Positions 12,641 through 26,829 of a DNA stretch of 64,000 nucleotides are shown here, one piece after another. Source of the stretch: the human T2T-CHM13v2.0 reference genome, Homo sapiens. Below the pieces are notes generated by a model. It did not search any database and was not told the DNA's origin. It saw only the letters and a list, made by a program, of their open reading frames with translations. Each line of letters starts with the position of its first letter. Position 1 is the stretch's first letter. The position numbers and the translations under genes are program-made. The stretch spans positions 28,160,001 through 28,224,000 of the forward strand of contig CP068257.2 of assembly GCA_009914755.4 (NCBI GenBank). The letters are read 5' to 3'.

Positions 12641-15300
12641 TTCAGTGAAATAAAAGTTAAGAACAATGACGACATTCATAATTATGTCTATCCATAGTTT
12701 TGTCTATTCTTAGTTATGTCTATCCATAAAGGTTTTTAGAAGTTTTACAAAAAATATCTGCTATTATTGTTGGACATGACCAATGAAAGCAAATGTGTTT
12801 TAATATACTGAACTTTATATAGGTAGCCCTTGTCTTTTCTCATTAAGCCCCATCTTCAATCCCTTTTCCATACGACTTGATTCAGATACAGGTCTCAATC
12901 CTCCCAGCCTTCCGGCTCTTGAGGGCATTTCAGCAGGGTTTGAACACAGCAGAACAGTGTGTTCACAATCAGCATGATGTCTTAAGTCTGTCTCAACAAT
13001 TCTTCAAGGGATGAGTTAAAGCTTCTTTTAAAAGCTATTGTTCATGACCTGGTAATTAACTGTATTTATGGAGAGCCAATGATGTATGAAGGATCCTGAT
13101 GGCATGCCAACAAACTGCCCCTTCCCTGTGGCGGCTGTGGGGTGTGAGAAAGAGACATGTAACTGCAGGTACACATTCTTGGTGGCAGTACAACTTTGGT
13201 CTGATTCTTGTGTCCTTCTAAGCAACTGTAACTTGGGTTGTGATGGAACCAGGAAGGCAAGTGAGGACGGTCATTCTGGAGGAGGCTTACATGCTACATT
13301 CTTCCTCTTACAGATGTTTCCATAGGGTCAGGTTGCTTGTATCTCTGTCTTGCTCATGTAATCCTTCCTTCATATAGCCAGTCAAGTGGCCTGCATAGTT
13401 GATCTCAGAAAGGTTCTTATTCTAAGATAGAGGATCTGCTCTATGGTGACATTCTTTAAAGAATAATTTTTAAAATCTATAATTATAAAAAAACATAGCA
13501 ACAAAGCAGAAAATTCAAGAACAAATTTGTTGATACATATTTATATACAACAAAGCAATTAGTTGTTTATTACCTCAGCTCTTCAGATGCTTCATAGAAC
13601 CAGACCCAGCCACTATTTTTCTCTCATGAGTTTGTAATTTTTATTAATTTTCCAAGATGAGTTCAGAGCATCAGTACAAGCAGCGGGTGTCAAGGTTGAG
13701 TTGTGGATTCCTGATAGCCTTGTCTGTGGAAGTCAGCTTTCCTCCATCTGGAGGCTCAGTTTCCATGGTGATATGCACTGGTATACCTGAGGTCTTCTCA
13801 TTGAGGGGCTTGGTGAAGTGCAGGGTAACTTTACAAAGAGGACATGTTAAATTCCTTGAATGAGGAAAATAACAGATCACTGAACACTCAGGATTGGCCT
13901 ATTCTCCACTGGATTTGAAGATTTCCTACTGAGAATGATGGATGAAAAAGGGAAGGCAGAAGAGCCCAGATTACCATTTTCATAGAAATTTCCAGAATAA
14001 GGGAGGGAAGTTTTGTTTTCAAGTCGGGTCTGAAGTGACTGACAAGAATTGGTGAGGCCCTGAGGAAAGCCACAGATGGATTAATTGCACTCTCCAACCC
14101 TTGCAGTTTTGGCTCTCAGGCACAAGAGCAGGACTCATTGGTGAGTTCCAGTGATCTGCTCCAACACCGAATAGCTGGAAATAAATCAACAGTTGGCAAG
14201 AGCTGTAGTGAGTGGGCTTGCCTCTGGCTCACAAGCCTAATACAATACACAGTTTCTGAATACATACCAACTGGCATCATCAAGACTGTAACTTGTCACC
14301 ATGAACCAGGCTTTGTGGGAGATTATTCCATTGCCAATCTGATATGCTATATATATTAGAGTAATTACCAGGACATTCAAAGAAAGGACCTGTTAACAGA
14401 AGATGGGTTGTTTTTATATTACAGATGAATAAGAATTACATAAAGCAAGGCCAATTTCTTTTTGAAGTTCTAGCAGCATTCAATGCCAGTGTTCCTCCTT
14501 CATGCTTTGGCTCTTTCCAGAAGCACTAAAGGGAATTGTGTGCTTGTAATACATACCACTTATGCATAATTCCTTTTGAAAATCTGTCTTTCTGATTCTC
14601 AGCTTTCAGAGAGTTGGCCAGCCCTTCCAATGCCCCCTGCAGTTCAAAATGTAGTTTATAATTTTCCTTAGCCCCCCATGTTTGTGAGGGAACAAAAATA
14701 TGGCAAAGAAATATACTTGAAACACACAAAGAAAATCAAGGCTTTTCCAGGCTCAAGGAGGCTGATACACTTTTTGAATCTCAGATGATTGGCTAAGGAT
14801 TGCATTCTCAGTTGTGTTTCTATTTAATAATTGGCTTTTCTCTCCATCCTTGACAATTTTTTCCCTCAAGTCAAACTTTTCTTAATTATCCTAGTTTATC
14901 AAATATGTGTTGTTTTTCCTTTAAGTATTTCCCTTTCAATGCACTTTACAGAAGCATCATGAAAAGTGGGAAGAAGCAATTATAATGAAAAGCATTGTAA
15001 TTTTATCTAATATTTAAAAGCAATGATGCTGCTCCAGGTTAAGACTGTAATCAGACATAATTACTTAAGACATGTATACCTTGGAAATATTGTGGGGTCG
15101 GTTCAGACCACTGCAATAAAGTGAATATTGCAGTAAAGCAAGTCATGCAAATTTTTCGGTTTTCCAGTCAGTGCCTATGAAAATTATGTTTACACTCTAC
15201 TGTAGTCTAAGTGTGCAACAGCATTACTTCTAAAAGAAAAGTACATACCTTGATTTAAAAATGCTTTATTGCTTAAAAATGCTAACTGTCACCTGAGCCT

Positions 15301-15528
15301 TCAGCAAGTTGTAATCTTTTTGCTGGTGGAGGGTTTTGCCTCGTTATTGATGACCTTGCTGTGGATTAGGCTTTGGCTTAAGAGGCTCTTGCGGCTGGTT
15401 TGAGCTTCTATCCAGACCACTAAAACTTTCTTTATATCAGCAATAAGGCTGTTTTGCTTTCTTATCATTTGTGTGTTCACTGGGGTAGCCCTTTTCACTT
15501 CCATCACGAACTTTTCTCTTGCATTCAC
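15301..15528 (-). pseudogene. Remnant of the Tigger1 (pogo-like) transposase reading frame
   Basis: A 75-aa ORF lies fully inside the Tigger1 body, on the strand opposite to the consensus orientation used here, where the Tigger1 transposase is encoded. It is truncated by the internal deletion and by stop codons, so it is not a functional CDS. Confidence 0.45.
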
Positions 15529-15867
15529 AACTTGACTAATTGGTGCAAGAGGCCTAGCTTTCCGCCTGTCTCGGCTTTTGCCATGTCTTCCTCACTAAGC
15601 TTAATAATTTCTAGCTCTTGATTTTAAGTAAGAGATGTATAACTCTTCCTTTCACTTAAACACCTAGAGGCCATTGTAGGGTTACTAATTAGTCTAATTT
15701 CAATATTGTGTCTCAAGAAATAGGGAGGCCCGAGGAGATGAAGAGAAATGGAGGAACAGCCGGTCAGTGGAGCAGTCAGACCACACACAACATTTATCAA
15801 TTAAGTTAGCTGTCTCATATTGGTGCCTCAAAACAATTACAACAGTAACATCAAAGATTACTAATCA

Positions 15868-16452
<585 letters not shown>

Positions 16453-17599
16453 TCACCTTACCCTTTTAAATTTATATTTTCTTTTTTTCACTTATTAAAT
16501 CCAAGAAAGAGAAACCCAGGGAGCTGGTAATCTCAGGAATTTAACACAGCATTGGTGTAATAGGAGAGCCTAGAGAGAAAGCAATGAAGACAGAGAAGTA
16601 GCAATAGCTGATTCAAAATTCTGCCGTGATGCCTGGTTTCAGCCCCACCACCTTGAAATGTTCATCAAGCATCTATTTTCATGCTTGTGCATAACAACAG
16701 CTCACAGCACCAGAGCTACAGGTTCAGATAACAACAAAGGTGATGTGGCAGCTGGATTACTCTGAGAATGAGAACATAACACACCCCCAAAGTAATAAAA
16801 TTTCTTATTAAAAGGGAAGATATCTTTAAACAACCCTTCATGTTCCCCCTGAGACTGACAGGCAATTTCAACTGTTTATTTTTATTTAGCTCTGATGAAT
16901 GCCTCTATTTCATTCAGCTTCATAATAATCTGGTGGTGCTCGCTGCTGCTGGCTCCGAGTGAAAGTGTAAGTGGAGGGCGTCATTAGAGGCATTCCATCG
17001 CATTCTTGGTGAAATTAGATTCTTTGGAAACTAAATCAAGCCTTAGTTTCATGGAGGGGAAGCTGGACAAGAGGAGAGTAATGTGCAATTGGTTGAATTA
17101 TCCCTTGCTTTCAAGGCATTAGACAAGGTCAGAAAACCAAAGTTTAAATTATATTTTCACTCATGTGTGCACTCTGTCCGTAATAACTCGTTAATGAGCA
17201 TATTGATATTTATGCCATGTCTGTTTCCTTTTAGGGATCACATTTTCATTATATTGTGGGCATACAAATACAGTGCTATTTAGTGAATTGCTTTATTCTC
17301 TCTAACTATAAGTAGATTTTAAGTACAGCCTAGCAAATAGTAAATGGGCCCAAAGAAAAAAACTATTTTTGTCTACTCTGTCCTCCCTTCTGATTCAAGT
17401 ATGTTTAGTGGAGTTTCCTAAAGCAGTGGTTCTCTACCTCTCTCCTTCTTTAGGACACACATGCAGGAGTCCAGTCCATTTGTGTGATGCCCTGCTGTCA
17501 TGCCAGTGCTGAACTGTTCATAATGGAACACAGGAATCTTGCTCATCCTCACTCAAAATCCTCCCGTGACTTCCTATCCTCAGTGAGAATAAAATCAAA

Positions 17600-17950
17600 A
17601 GCTTTAACCTGCCTGCTTATCTTCCACCTTCATTATAGTCTAGATGCCTTCTCCTGCCTTCTGCTGAAGCCATGCTGGCCTTCTTGCTTCTCCGGGGTGT
17701 CAAGCGTGTTCCAGCCTCTCGGCTTTTCTATTTGCATTCCTCCTTACCTGGAAACCTCTTTTCCTCTATTTTCAGATGACTTGTTTTCTTACTATATCAG
17801 GTCTCTGCTGAAATGTCATCTCCCTGGAGAACTCTCCAAAACGATCCCTTTTAAAATGGTTCATCAACCCCAAGTCATTCTTTACCTCTCACCTGATTTA
17901 TTTCTACAGGTCAGTTACCTTCATGTGAAATTGACACCTATGTGTGTGTC
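17600..17950 (+). mobile_element. LINE-2 (L2) 3'-UTR fragment (sense)
   Basis: cattcctccttacctggaaacctcttttcctc...tcaggtctctgctgaaatgtcatctccctggagaactctccaaaacgatcccttttaaaatggttcatcaacccc aligns to the L2 3' region cctctgcctggaatgctcttcccc...ttcaggtctttgctcaaatgtcaccttctcagtgaggccttccctgaccaccctatttaaaattgcaacccc. Confidence 0.5.
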
Positions 17951-19767
17951 TGTGTGTGAATATATATGTACGTGTGTATAATTTCAATTAATCTTTTTCA
18001 AATTTTCCCAATATAAAATAAACTTTATAGGGATTTGCCTGTCTTACTCTCTACTGTAACCTCAATCTCTGGAGTAGCACCAGGCACATAATAGAGTTCT
18101 TCATGCATTTGGGAAATCATGAATGAATAAGAAAGACAGGCATGGTGCTGTGGTGGGGATGTTCTAATTATGCTGATTAGATTACCAGCCAAATACCTCT
18201 AACTCTGCCCTTCACTCTCTTATTCAAGAAAGCATATATGAACATAAATGAATGGCAGTAATAGCAGAAGAATATCCTTGAATCCTTTGCCATTTGTTCT
18301 TTTTTTAAAAACCTTGACCTCAAACTGTATTTTTTGAATTTCACTGGTAATGAGTTACTTCCAATAGTGATAGCTACATGTTCTAACATCTGTCTCAAAG
18401 ACCCCATGTTGAGAATGCAAGTGTGCCCAGATCAGGGTTCCAAACTTGTGTTCTATTCCTTTGTGAACACTTTAATTACCTTTGGATTCTTAGGAGATAT
18501 AACAACTAGCATCAAGCATCCAGCACTAGCTCATTGTGAAGCCACTAGGAAATACACAGATGAGTGAATATGCTACTCTGATTCCAAAACAAGCCGGCCA
18601 GGCTGGGTCAGCTCAGAAAAGATGTCAGTCAGTCCCCTTGTGTCTCATTAAAAGGTCTGCCTAGATCAGTGTGCTAAATTTTCCAAACGCAAGAAACCTG
18701 GGGCAATATTTCGGTTGATGCATTTGACATCTCCTTTAAGCATTTCATTCTTTGCAACCGAGTATACAAACATAATGAATAGGGTTTTTTAATGCTAAGA
18801 GAAAAAATTGTACGTAGGAAGATAAGATATTCTGGGTACAGGAGACGTTGCAGCCTTTTCTGTGCATTAGCATTGGTTCAGTGAGTACAGTACTGTGGAC
18901 ATCTGCAACAACCTTGGGTATAGGATTCTCTAGGCAGCTCTCTCAGAGCATGCAATACTCCTCTTTTCACATGCCTGGCACACGCATGTAAATGTTTGCA
19001 ATATTCAAGGAGGTGCTGCCAAGATTTGGTGACAACAGGCATTGTGGAATTGCTGATCTCACAAACCTGAAGCATTGTAAATATTGACTTAACAATAATT
19101 TGGACTGAGGTGTTACTAAACCCTGAAAGCAAAGCCCCCAAGAATTAAGGCTTGCCATAAGAGGGAGCATTTGGCACTTTACCCAAACTAAGTGTTGGTT
19201 CAGTCATATTTTTGTACTATCAAAACCTAAGTTAAATTACCACCTAATTAGATGAGTCCTCTTAGGAGCACAAGAGAAAGCAGAGATTGAGAAATCTCTG
19301 GGAAAATCCAATCATTATCACAGAGAGTGACAATGCACTTGTGTGTTTTCTTAAGAAACCAGGTTTCACACACATTTTTTGTATCAATATAGAACATTAA
19401 ATTTCTAAATTTGGTATTGCTGAGTATTACAGACATTAAGATAAACATGAGTGTGTAGCATTAAAAAATATAAAATGTGTCTGAAGCCACTGTGTCTAAA
19501 GAATGGGACATTCAATATAGTTTACATATTAATATATCTTACACCAAGGTAGCAATTCCTTCCTGGAGCACAAATGCATATGATTTGTATGCCAGGTTTT
19601 TCCTCTGAGTGTTTGATTTGATCTCCTTACATAATACTGTAATGCAAACCAGATTCATAATCATCTCAGTTCCAGCTGAAGAAACTGAGATCCACAGAAG
19701 TGAAGTGTCTTGTCCATCCACTACGTACTAAACACTGAGGCCACGGGTTAGACCCCAAGAAACATTC

Positions 19768-20171
<404 letters not shown>

Positions 20172-20749
20172 TAGGCAGATGCATTCCACATTTCTTCCTG
20201 TTTACTCAATACATTTCTTATGTAACTTAGATGTTCCTCTTCGTCTGATTTGCGATGCTGGGTGCTTGGTGAGCATGCATATGGAGAAGAGATATCCTAC
20301 TGTTCCCACGAGCCAGGAGTGCACAGAGGCAGCTGCACCATTTACAGCCTAATTGGCAGCATCGTAGATCACAGGATGCCCAAAGTTCACTAGGAGGAGA
20401 TAAAGTTGTCAGAGAGGACCCCTGAAGAGATACATCAAATGCTTCTTCCTTCTGCCTCTCTCGATAACGATTCCGACTATGTATTACAGGTTTGGGGTTG
20501 TTATGGTGACAGGATGGGAATAACTTGGGAGGCAAAGAGAGAAAATAAGTTGCACAGAAATTCATCTTTAAATCCTTTGGATGTGAGACAGGTTTGAAAT
20601 AGTGGTAAACCTGGAGGATGTACAGGTATGCATTAGGGTGTAGAGTGAGTGTGGGCATTTTGAGGTTAAGTTTTCAAATTTTTTTATAAAGGCAAGGATG
20701 TGTAGAGCCTAAGAGTGTAAATTCTGAAATTCTGACACCAGAAAGTCTT

Positions 20750-20915
20750 GTTTCAAAGCTAGCTTCCATCACTTACCCGCCTGTGCAATCTTGACCTGGT
20801 CACTTTACCTCTCTGGACCTGTAAAATGGTGATAATCATCACATCCATTTTATAAGCTTGTTTTGAGTATTAAATGAGTTAATGCATGGAAATAATGCCT
20901 TGTTCCCAATAAGTG
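20750..20915 (+). mobile_element. MIR SINE (sense, 3' two-thirds)
   Basis: cacttacccgcctgtgcaatcttgacctggtcactttacctctctggacctgtaaaatggtgataatcatcacatccattttataagcttgttttgagtattaaatgagttaatgcatggaaataatgccttgttcccaataagtgg matches MIR CACTTACTAGCTGTGTGACCTTGGGCAAGTTACTTAACCTCTCTGTGCCTCAGTTTCCTCATCTGTAAAATGGGGATAATAATAG...GGATTAAATGAGTTAATACATGTAAAGCGCTTAGAACAGTGCCTGGCACATAGTAAGCGCTCAATAAATG. Confidence 0.6.
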
Positions 20916-21059
20916 GCCAATGCATTTTGGCTGTCCACTCTTCTGGCTTATCTACTCTTAACTTAAGTACTATGTAATAATAAAGTCAATGCACTTTTTT
21001 GCTTCTCCACTTTTACATACTATTGTAAAAAGAGTACATAAGATTATTTTGTATTTCCA

Positions 21060-21290
21060 CTGGAGGTAGTGCAGTGTCTGAGACTCATGGAAGCTCTGGA
21101 GTCTTATCCAGTCCTTTCCTAACTGCATGACTTTAGGGAAGTCACCTAACTTCTCCAAGTTTCAACTTTCTCATGTGTGTATTAGAGATATTTGTAGTGG
21201 ATATCTCATAAAGTATTGCTCAAATAAGGGGTAAGCCCCCTGTAAAGTGCTTAGCACAGTGTCTGTCACCTTGTAAGTACTCAGTTGATG
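21060..21290 (+). mobile_element. MIR SINE (sense, near full length)
   Basis: ggaggtagtgcagtgtctgagactcatggaagctctggagtcttatccagtcctttcctaactgcatgactttagggaagtcacctaacttctc...ctcatgtgtgtattagagatat...aaagtgcttagcacagtgtctgtcaccttgtaagtactcagttgatg follows the MIR consensus from ...GGCTCTGGAGCCAGACTGCCTGGGTTCGAATCC... through ...GCGCTTAGAACAGTGCCTGGCACATAGTAAGCGCTCAATAAATG. Confidence 0.6.
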
Positions 21291-21614
21291 ACGGCTGTTT
21301 TGATTATTCAAGGAAACTATGACTAGGGAGGTGGCAGGATACTGGGAGTGGGGTGAATTAGTCTAATAACATTATTCGCTATTCTGCCTGCAGCATCATT
21401 TTTCTTCTAGAATAAGATTTCCCACTGACTAAAGAAAGATAATATATAAATTTTTCCTTTCTCCACTCTAAAATACTATTATTAAAAGAGCTCATATAAA
21501 AAGAATGCATTTATAAAAAGAATGTCTTTATCACTCTATCATAAGTAATTCTGAATTATGATGATGATTATAGCTATGAGCACAATTAAAAATACTCAAC
21601 AACTATCACCGGTC

Positions 21615-22937
21615 AATAGAGAGTGAAAATTACACCATATGCAAAAATAAATTCAGACTAGATTAATGACTTAAATATAAGACATGAAACTATAAAACTA
21701 CTAGAAGAAAACATAGAGGAAACAATCCAGGACACTGGTCTAGGCAAAAATATTATGGCTAAGATTGCAAAAGCAATGACAACAAAAACAAAAGTAGACA
21801 AATGAGACCATATTAAACAAAAAAACTGCACAGTAAAGGAAATAATCAACAGAGTGAAGAGACAATCTATTGATGGGAAAAAATACCTGCCAACTATTCA
21901 TCTGACAAAGGACTGTATCCAGAATACACAAGGAAGATGACTCAACACCAAAAAAGCCCAAAATAATCCCATTAAAATGTGGGCAAAGGATACGAATAGA
22001 TATTTCTCAAAAGAAGACAGACAAACGGCCAACAGGTATATGAAAAATATAATCAACATAATTAATTATTAGGAAAATACTAATCAAAACCACAATGAGA
22101 TATCATCTTACTGCAATTAGAATGGCTATCATCAAAAAGACAAAAAATAGCAAATACTGATGAGGATGAGGAGAAAGGGGAATTTTTATACACTGTTGGT
22201 GGGAATGCAAATTAGCATAACCATTATAGAAAACAGTATAGCGATTTCTCAACAAATTAAAAATAAAAATACCACACAATCCATCAATCTCACTACCAGG
22301 TATTTATCCAAAGGAAAGGAAATCAGCATGTCACCTGCACTTCCTAGTTTATTGCAGCACTATTCACAATAACCAAGATATGGAATCAACCCTCAGTGTC
22401 CAACAACAGATTAATGGGTAAATAAAATGTGGTATATATACACAGTGTAATACTATTCAGCCATAAATAAAGAATGAAATCCTGTCATTTGCAGCAACAT
22501 GGATAGAACTGGAGGTCATTATGTTAAGTAAAATAAGCCAAGCACAGAAAGTCAAACATTGCATGTTCTCACTTATATGTGGGAGCTAAGAAAGTCAATC
22601 CCATAGACAAAGAGAGTAGAATGAGAGTTACCAGAGACTGGGAAGGGAAGTGTGGAATGAAGAGAGGTTGATTAATGGGTACAAACATACAGTTGAATAG
22701 AAAGAGTAAGTTCTAGTGTTTGATAGCAGAGTAGGGTGACTATAGTTAACAACAATGTACTGTATATTTCAAAATAGTTAGAAAATATGAAATGTTACCA
22801 ACACAAAGAAACAATAAAGTTTGATGTGATAGATATTCTAAATATGCTGATTTGATCATTACGTATTGCATGCATGCATCAAAATATCAGATGTACCCCA
22901 CCAAATATTCACACTTATTACGTATCAATAAAAAAAT
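21615..22937 (+). mobile_element. LINE-1 3' end (5'-truncated older L1P/L1M-type copy, ORF2 C-terminus plus 3' UTR), sense
   Basis: Runs of L1 3'-end consensus are recognisable: ...ataaaactactagaagaaaacatag...caaaggacatgaatagacatttctcaaaagaagacat...caaatcaaaaccacaatgagatatcatcttac...tacactgttggtgggaatgcaaattag...ttattgcagcactattcacaataaccaagatatggaatcaacc...aaatgtggtatatatacacagtg...ttgcagcaacatggatagaactggaggtcattatgttaagtaaaataagccaagcacagaaagtcaaacattgcatgttctcacttatatgtgggagctaa...gggtgactatagttaacaacaatgtactgtatatttcaaaatagttagaa... It ends in tatcaataaaaaaa. Confidence 0.85.
22160..22372 (+). pseudogene. Decayed L1 ORF2p C-terminal reading frame
   Basis: A 70-aa ORF (MRMRRKGNFYTLLVGMQISITIIENSIAISQQIKNKNTTQSINLTTRYL...) matches the L1 ORF2 C-terminus (...EKREHLYTVGGNVNWYSHYGKQYGGSSKN...). 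It lies inside the L1 fragment and is broken by stop codons on both sides. Confidence 0.5.
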
Positions 22938-25320
22938 GATAATCTGGACACAGCTTGTGCCAGAGTAAAGAAATGCTCAAAGAAGAATGGGGACACATTG
23001 GAAGGGCACAGGAGCCAACTTAAAGCAACTCTATCTGGTCAGATTTGGTACAATTTGTGCATCAAAAGAGTAATAACTGTATTATAAGATGTTGCATGAA
23101 TAAAAGTTCATGAGTACATAAAACTACTCATAAAAGAAAAAATAATTATAGAGTGAAAAATTATAGATATTGAAATTGATTAAAGTACAGCGTCTTTTAA
23201 ATCCCCATTACCATCAAAAGCGAAAACAAATTAAAATTTTGTGATTTCATGATCATTACTTAATAATAGTAAATTGTTAGTATGTATAATGCATTATTGT
23301 TCCTAACCATTCACTGCCTTGCAAGAGGTAGAACATACTTTACTGTTTCAATAGTGCTGGGCTTGGCCATGTGACTTTTTGATCAATGGCAGGTAGTGAC
23401 AATACACTGCTTCTAAGAAGACACCTGAGTCATCTTGGTATTGCCCCTTTCTCGAGCTGCTGTCTTCCTCTATGCCAGCAGCGCACCCTAGAGAATGGTT
23501 ACACATTCATAGGGGTCATGTGGAAACCAACTGGACCAAGCCAAACCTGGCAAAATCACAGCAGACCTGCAGCCACCATGAAATGGGATCAATAAATTAA
23601 TGTTTGCTTTTGCAAATCGCTGGTATTTAAGGGTTGTTTGTTGCTGCAGCAAAAGTTGAATAATAAATACAGAGTCATTTATACAGAACCTGTTATGTGC
23701 CCAATATGAGAAAATACGCTTAATGCATACCCAACCCAATATTTAGTTGGCTACGCATTAAACATACTCCCTCATTTTGTCCTCTCCCTATTCCTATGGG
23801 TTAGGCACGATTATTCCTATTTGGCAGATGAGTGACAGAGTAAAAATTGTTGAATAATTTGCTACATAACTTATTAGGGATCAGTTAGGTATTCAACTCA
23901 GGACCATTTAACTCCAAAGTCTGGAGTCTTAGACAACATGGTGTACTGCATTCTAAGGATGGAAATTTAGGGAAAACCCTATGTTGACTTTAAAGTGAAA
24001 TATGGGTGAATCCCAGCCATTCCATATATTTCAACCATGTAAAACAACGCACATTATATTGTCTGGCCAAATCCAAAGTAAATAATAAATGTTGACAGAC
24101 AAAAAAAATTTCTGGGAGCAAACCTTTTGAGAAACAGAATTTACTTAGGTGACTCAGACATATCAAAAATCACACTGAATCAATCCCAAATGATGTACAT
24201 TCTCACGAAGGAAAGGAGCCAGATTTTTAGTCTAACTCTTCTAGATTCTTAGCCCTGTCTCCATGGCCCTTTCTACATAAATCCTGGCCTTAAGAAAGGC
24301 TTCTGGGCCTCCTTGACTTTCTCTTCCTATCCCAGCTTTGACGATTTCTCTCCATTTGAGAAATGAATAATTCAGAATTAGAAACCCTACTTGAGTCCCA
24401 CCACTCCCCAGCCTCCCAGCTTGCTCATATCCTCATTATGGGAAAAGCTATTCCAAAAGGCAAACAGCTTTTCATAATTGTTATTTAATGGATATTGCCT
24501 GCTCCTGGGATTTCTTTCTCAGTATCTATTTGTAATTCAAAGGTCAGCGTAATACCACTGGCACACACAAGGATTCTGACAGATTTGTTCCTCCTGATTG
24601 AAATTCAGATACAGAACCCACAGTGACACAGTAGGTTTGTTTAGGAGTCTCTTCTGTGGTGTAGGTCACAGTTAGGATGAATCTGACCTCATCTTAATTC
24701 TGTGTCTTCACTAGTCACTAAGAAAACTGACCTATGAATGTGGAATATGGCCAGGAGCATTTGTTCACTAGCCTGGCATAGCAGGGATGTCAGCAAGTAG
24801 AAAAGCTAGGTCTACTATGGTTATTATCCCTCTCCTTAACTGGCCCTAATATCACCTAAATGGGTTCCTCCTAAAGGTAATTTAAGCAGAAAAAGGTGGC
24901 CCCAGAGAGTAATTTAGGCCTCATGTATGTACATATTTGCAGGATTTATATGGCAAGCTATGCTTACATTATTAATGGCAGTCTTATTTCAAGATACTAT
25001 ATATTGAAATACTATTCGACAAGAAAGCTATTTTCCAAGTAGGCATGGATGATGATTATTTATTAGTTTAAAATACATCCCTTCTTCCCATCTCACCAAA
25101 CACCACTTCCATTTCAAATAAGCTTGAAGCTCTCACACACTGCAGTTTATGCATAAAGGCTGGCTGCTTAGAAGCACTCATGGCTTGTGATACAAGGGAG
25201 TAAAATCCTACCATAAATTTCACAGTATTTATGATAGACACTTGTTTACTTCAAAAACAGAGCCAAATTAAAAATCAGAAAGGACAAATTCTAGGGCTAC
25301 CAGCATGGTTTCTATGTTGT

Positions 25321-25360
25321 GTGCTTGTGTGTCTGTGTGTGTGTGTGTGAGAGAGAAAGA
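25321..25360. repeat. (TG)n-(GA)n microsatellite
   Basis: gtgcttgtgtgtctgtgtgtgtgtgtgtgagagagaaagag. Confidence 0.75.
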
Positions 25361-26589
25361 GACTTTAGATTTTCTTCTTTCTATTTTTATTTGATAGCGT
25401 GATATTTCAAGTTCACTGTTGAGGTTATTTCCAATCAAATTGCATTCAACCCTGGAACAATGTATAGGTTGTCAGCATGGATGCCAGTGGAGGGTATAAA
25501 ACTAACTTCTATAAGGTCATCATAATTCCTCCTCCCCCAGAGAAAATCTAACAGCAATTGTGAGGACAGAGGTTCGAAAGGAGCAGTCAAGACTATTTGA
25601 AATAAAAGCTACGAGAAGAATTCAGATTTTAGAATAGAGCAAGCAAGGTCAAGGGATCAAGTTTCCGTATGAGACCCTGACCCAGATGACAGGGACCGCC
25701 TGCAACATTCTCCCACCCCCACTGCACTTTCACCCCATCAAGCCCTCAAACTGGATTGCTGATCTTTGTTCAAATAGTAGCTTACACACTGAGACTAAGA
25801 TGAGTCTGAAGCAGAGGCTAGGCGTTCTGTTTTTTAACATTAAATATATAAAGACTTTGAAAGATGTGACCAAAGAAAGCTGTCTTTTCCTGGAGCTTTT
25901 GAAAAAAAAAAATTAACAGCAACTGCAACTGCCATACAGAGTGCTTGCCATGTGACAGATAGAAGATCATTAACTATGTAGTAATCAATCATTTGCACAC
26001 ATATGTGGGTCCCCATGGGACACAACATTTATTATCCAGTTAATCCTTGAAAAAGTGTCTACTCTCACTGTTTCCATTTTTTTCTTCCTGCTCTCACTTC
26101 CAAACCAATTAGATTTTCACCCTCATCATTTCTCTGTTACTGTTTTTATCAAGATCACCATGGGCACCTGTGGTAGTAAATCCAGTGGTCATTTCTCAGT
26201 ATTTATCTTTCTTGACCTATCAGCAGCATTTGATGTACTATTCTTTTCAATGATAATGAAGAATGAATGGAAACCTGAGAAGTTTCCTGGGAAATTATAT
26301 TTAGAATTCTCTTTCTGATGAAAATTGTAAAGATACGCTGGCAAAAATAGGTAGCAGAATGGGGAGGAAAAAAGAGTACATGACCAGAAATCATGGGCGT
26401 GAGATGTGTGGCTAATTAGGGCTGCAGGAAAATCACTGCAAGAGAGTGATGAGCATTGCTGTTACACTACTTTATCCTATTTGCTTGTAGGAAAATTTTA
26501 GACTCTATGGGACTATAGTTCTCCCTCTAGTGCTAATTAAATTAAAGCCATCCTCATTTTTGAAAAGGGGAGAATAATAATAGGTATGA

Positions 26590-26775
26590 TTATTAAAATT
26601 TATTATGCACTAGGCACTGATTTAAGTGACATACATACGTTAATTGATTTATTACTAGGCAATCAGGATTTGTATCCTAATTTTACAGACAGCAAACTGA
26701 GGCACAGGGAGGTCAAAAACCTTACCCAAGTTTACCCAACTAGTAAGCAATGTGCCAGGATTTGGATACTGGGAG
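26590..26775 (-). mobile_element. MIR SINE (antisense)
   Basis: tattatgcactaggcactgatttaagtg...ctaattttacagacagcaaactgaggcacagggaggtcaaaaaccttacccaagtttacccaactagtaagcaatgtgccaggatttggatac aligns to antisense MIR ...ccccattttacagatgaggaaactgaggcacagagaggttaagtaacttgcccaaggtcacacagctagtaagtggcagagctgggattcgaacc. Confidence 0.6.
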
Positions 26776-26829
26776 AATAATAACCATAATTCCTAAGCCC
26801 ACAGTGTTTGTAAATACCAACATATCTAC

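Noticed and set aside
17484-17981. 165-aa ORF on the plus strand
   Set aside because: It overlaps an L2 3'-UTR fragment (17600-17950). Ser/Leu/Cys/Pro-rich open frames of this kind are typical of L2 and MIR sequence. It ends in a (TG)n-like tract.
20227-20658. 143-aa ORF in unique sequence next to an Alu
   Set aside because: There is no repeat signature, but also no coding-like periodicity, no plausible splice signals and a low-complexity C/S/L-rich peptide. It is most likely chance in an AT-poor patch, and I cannot support it as an exon.
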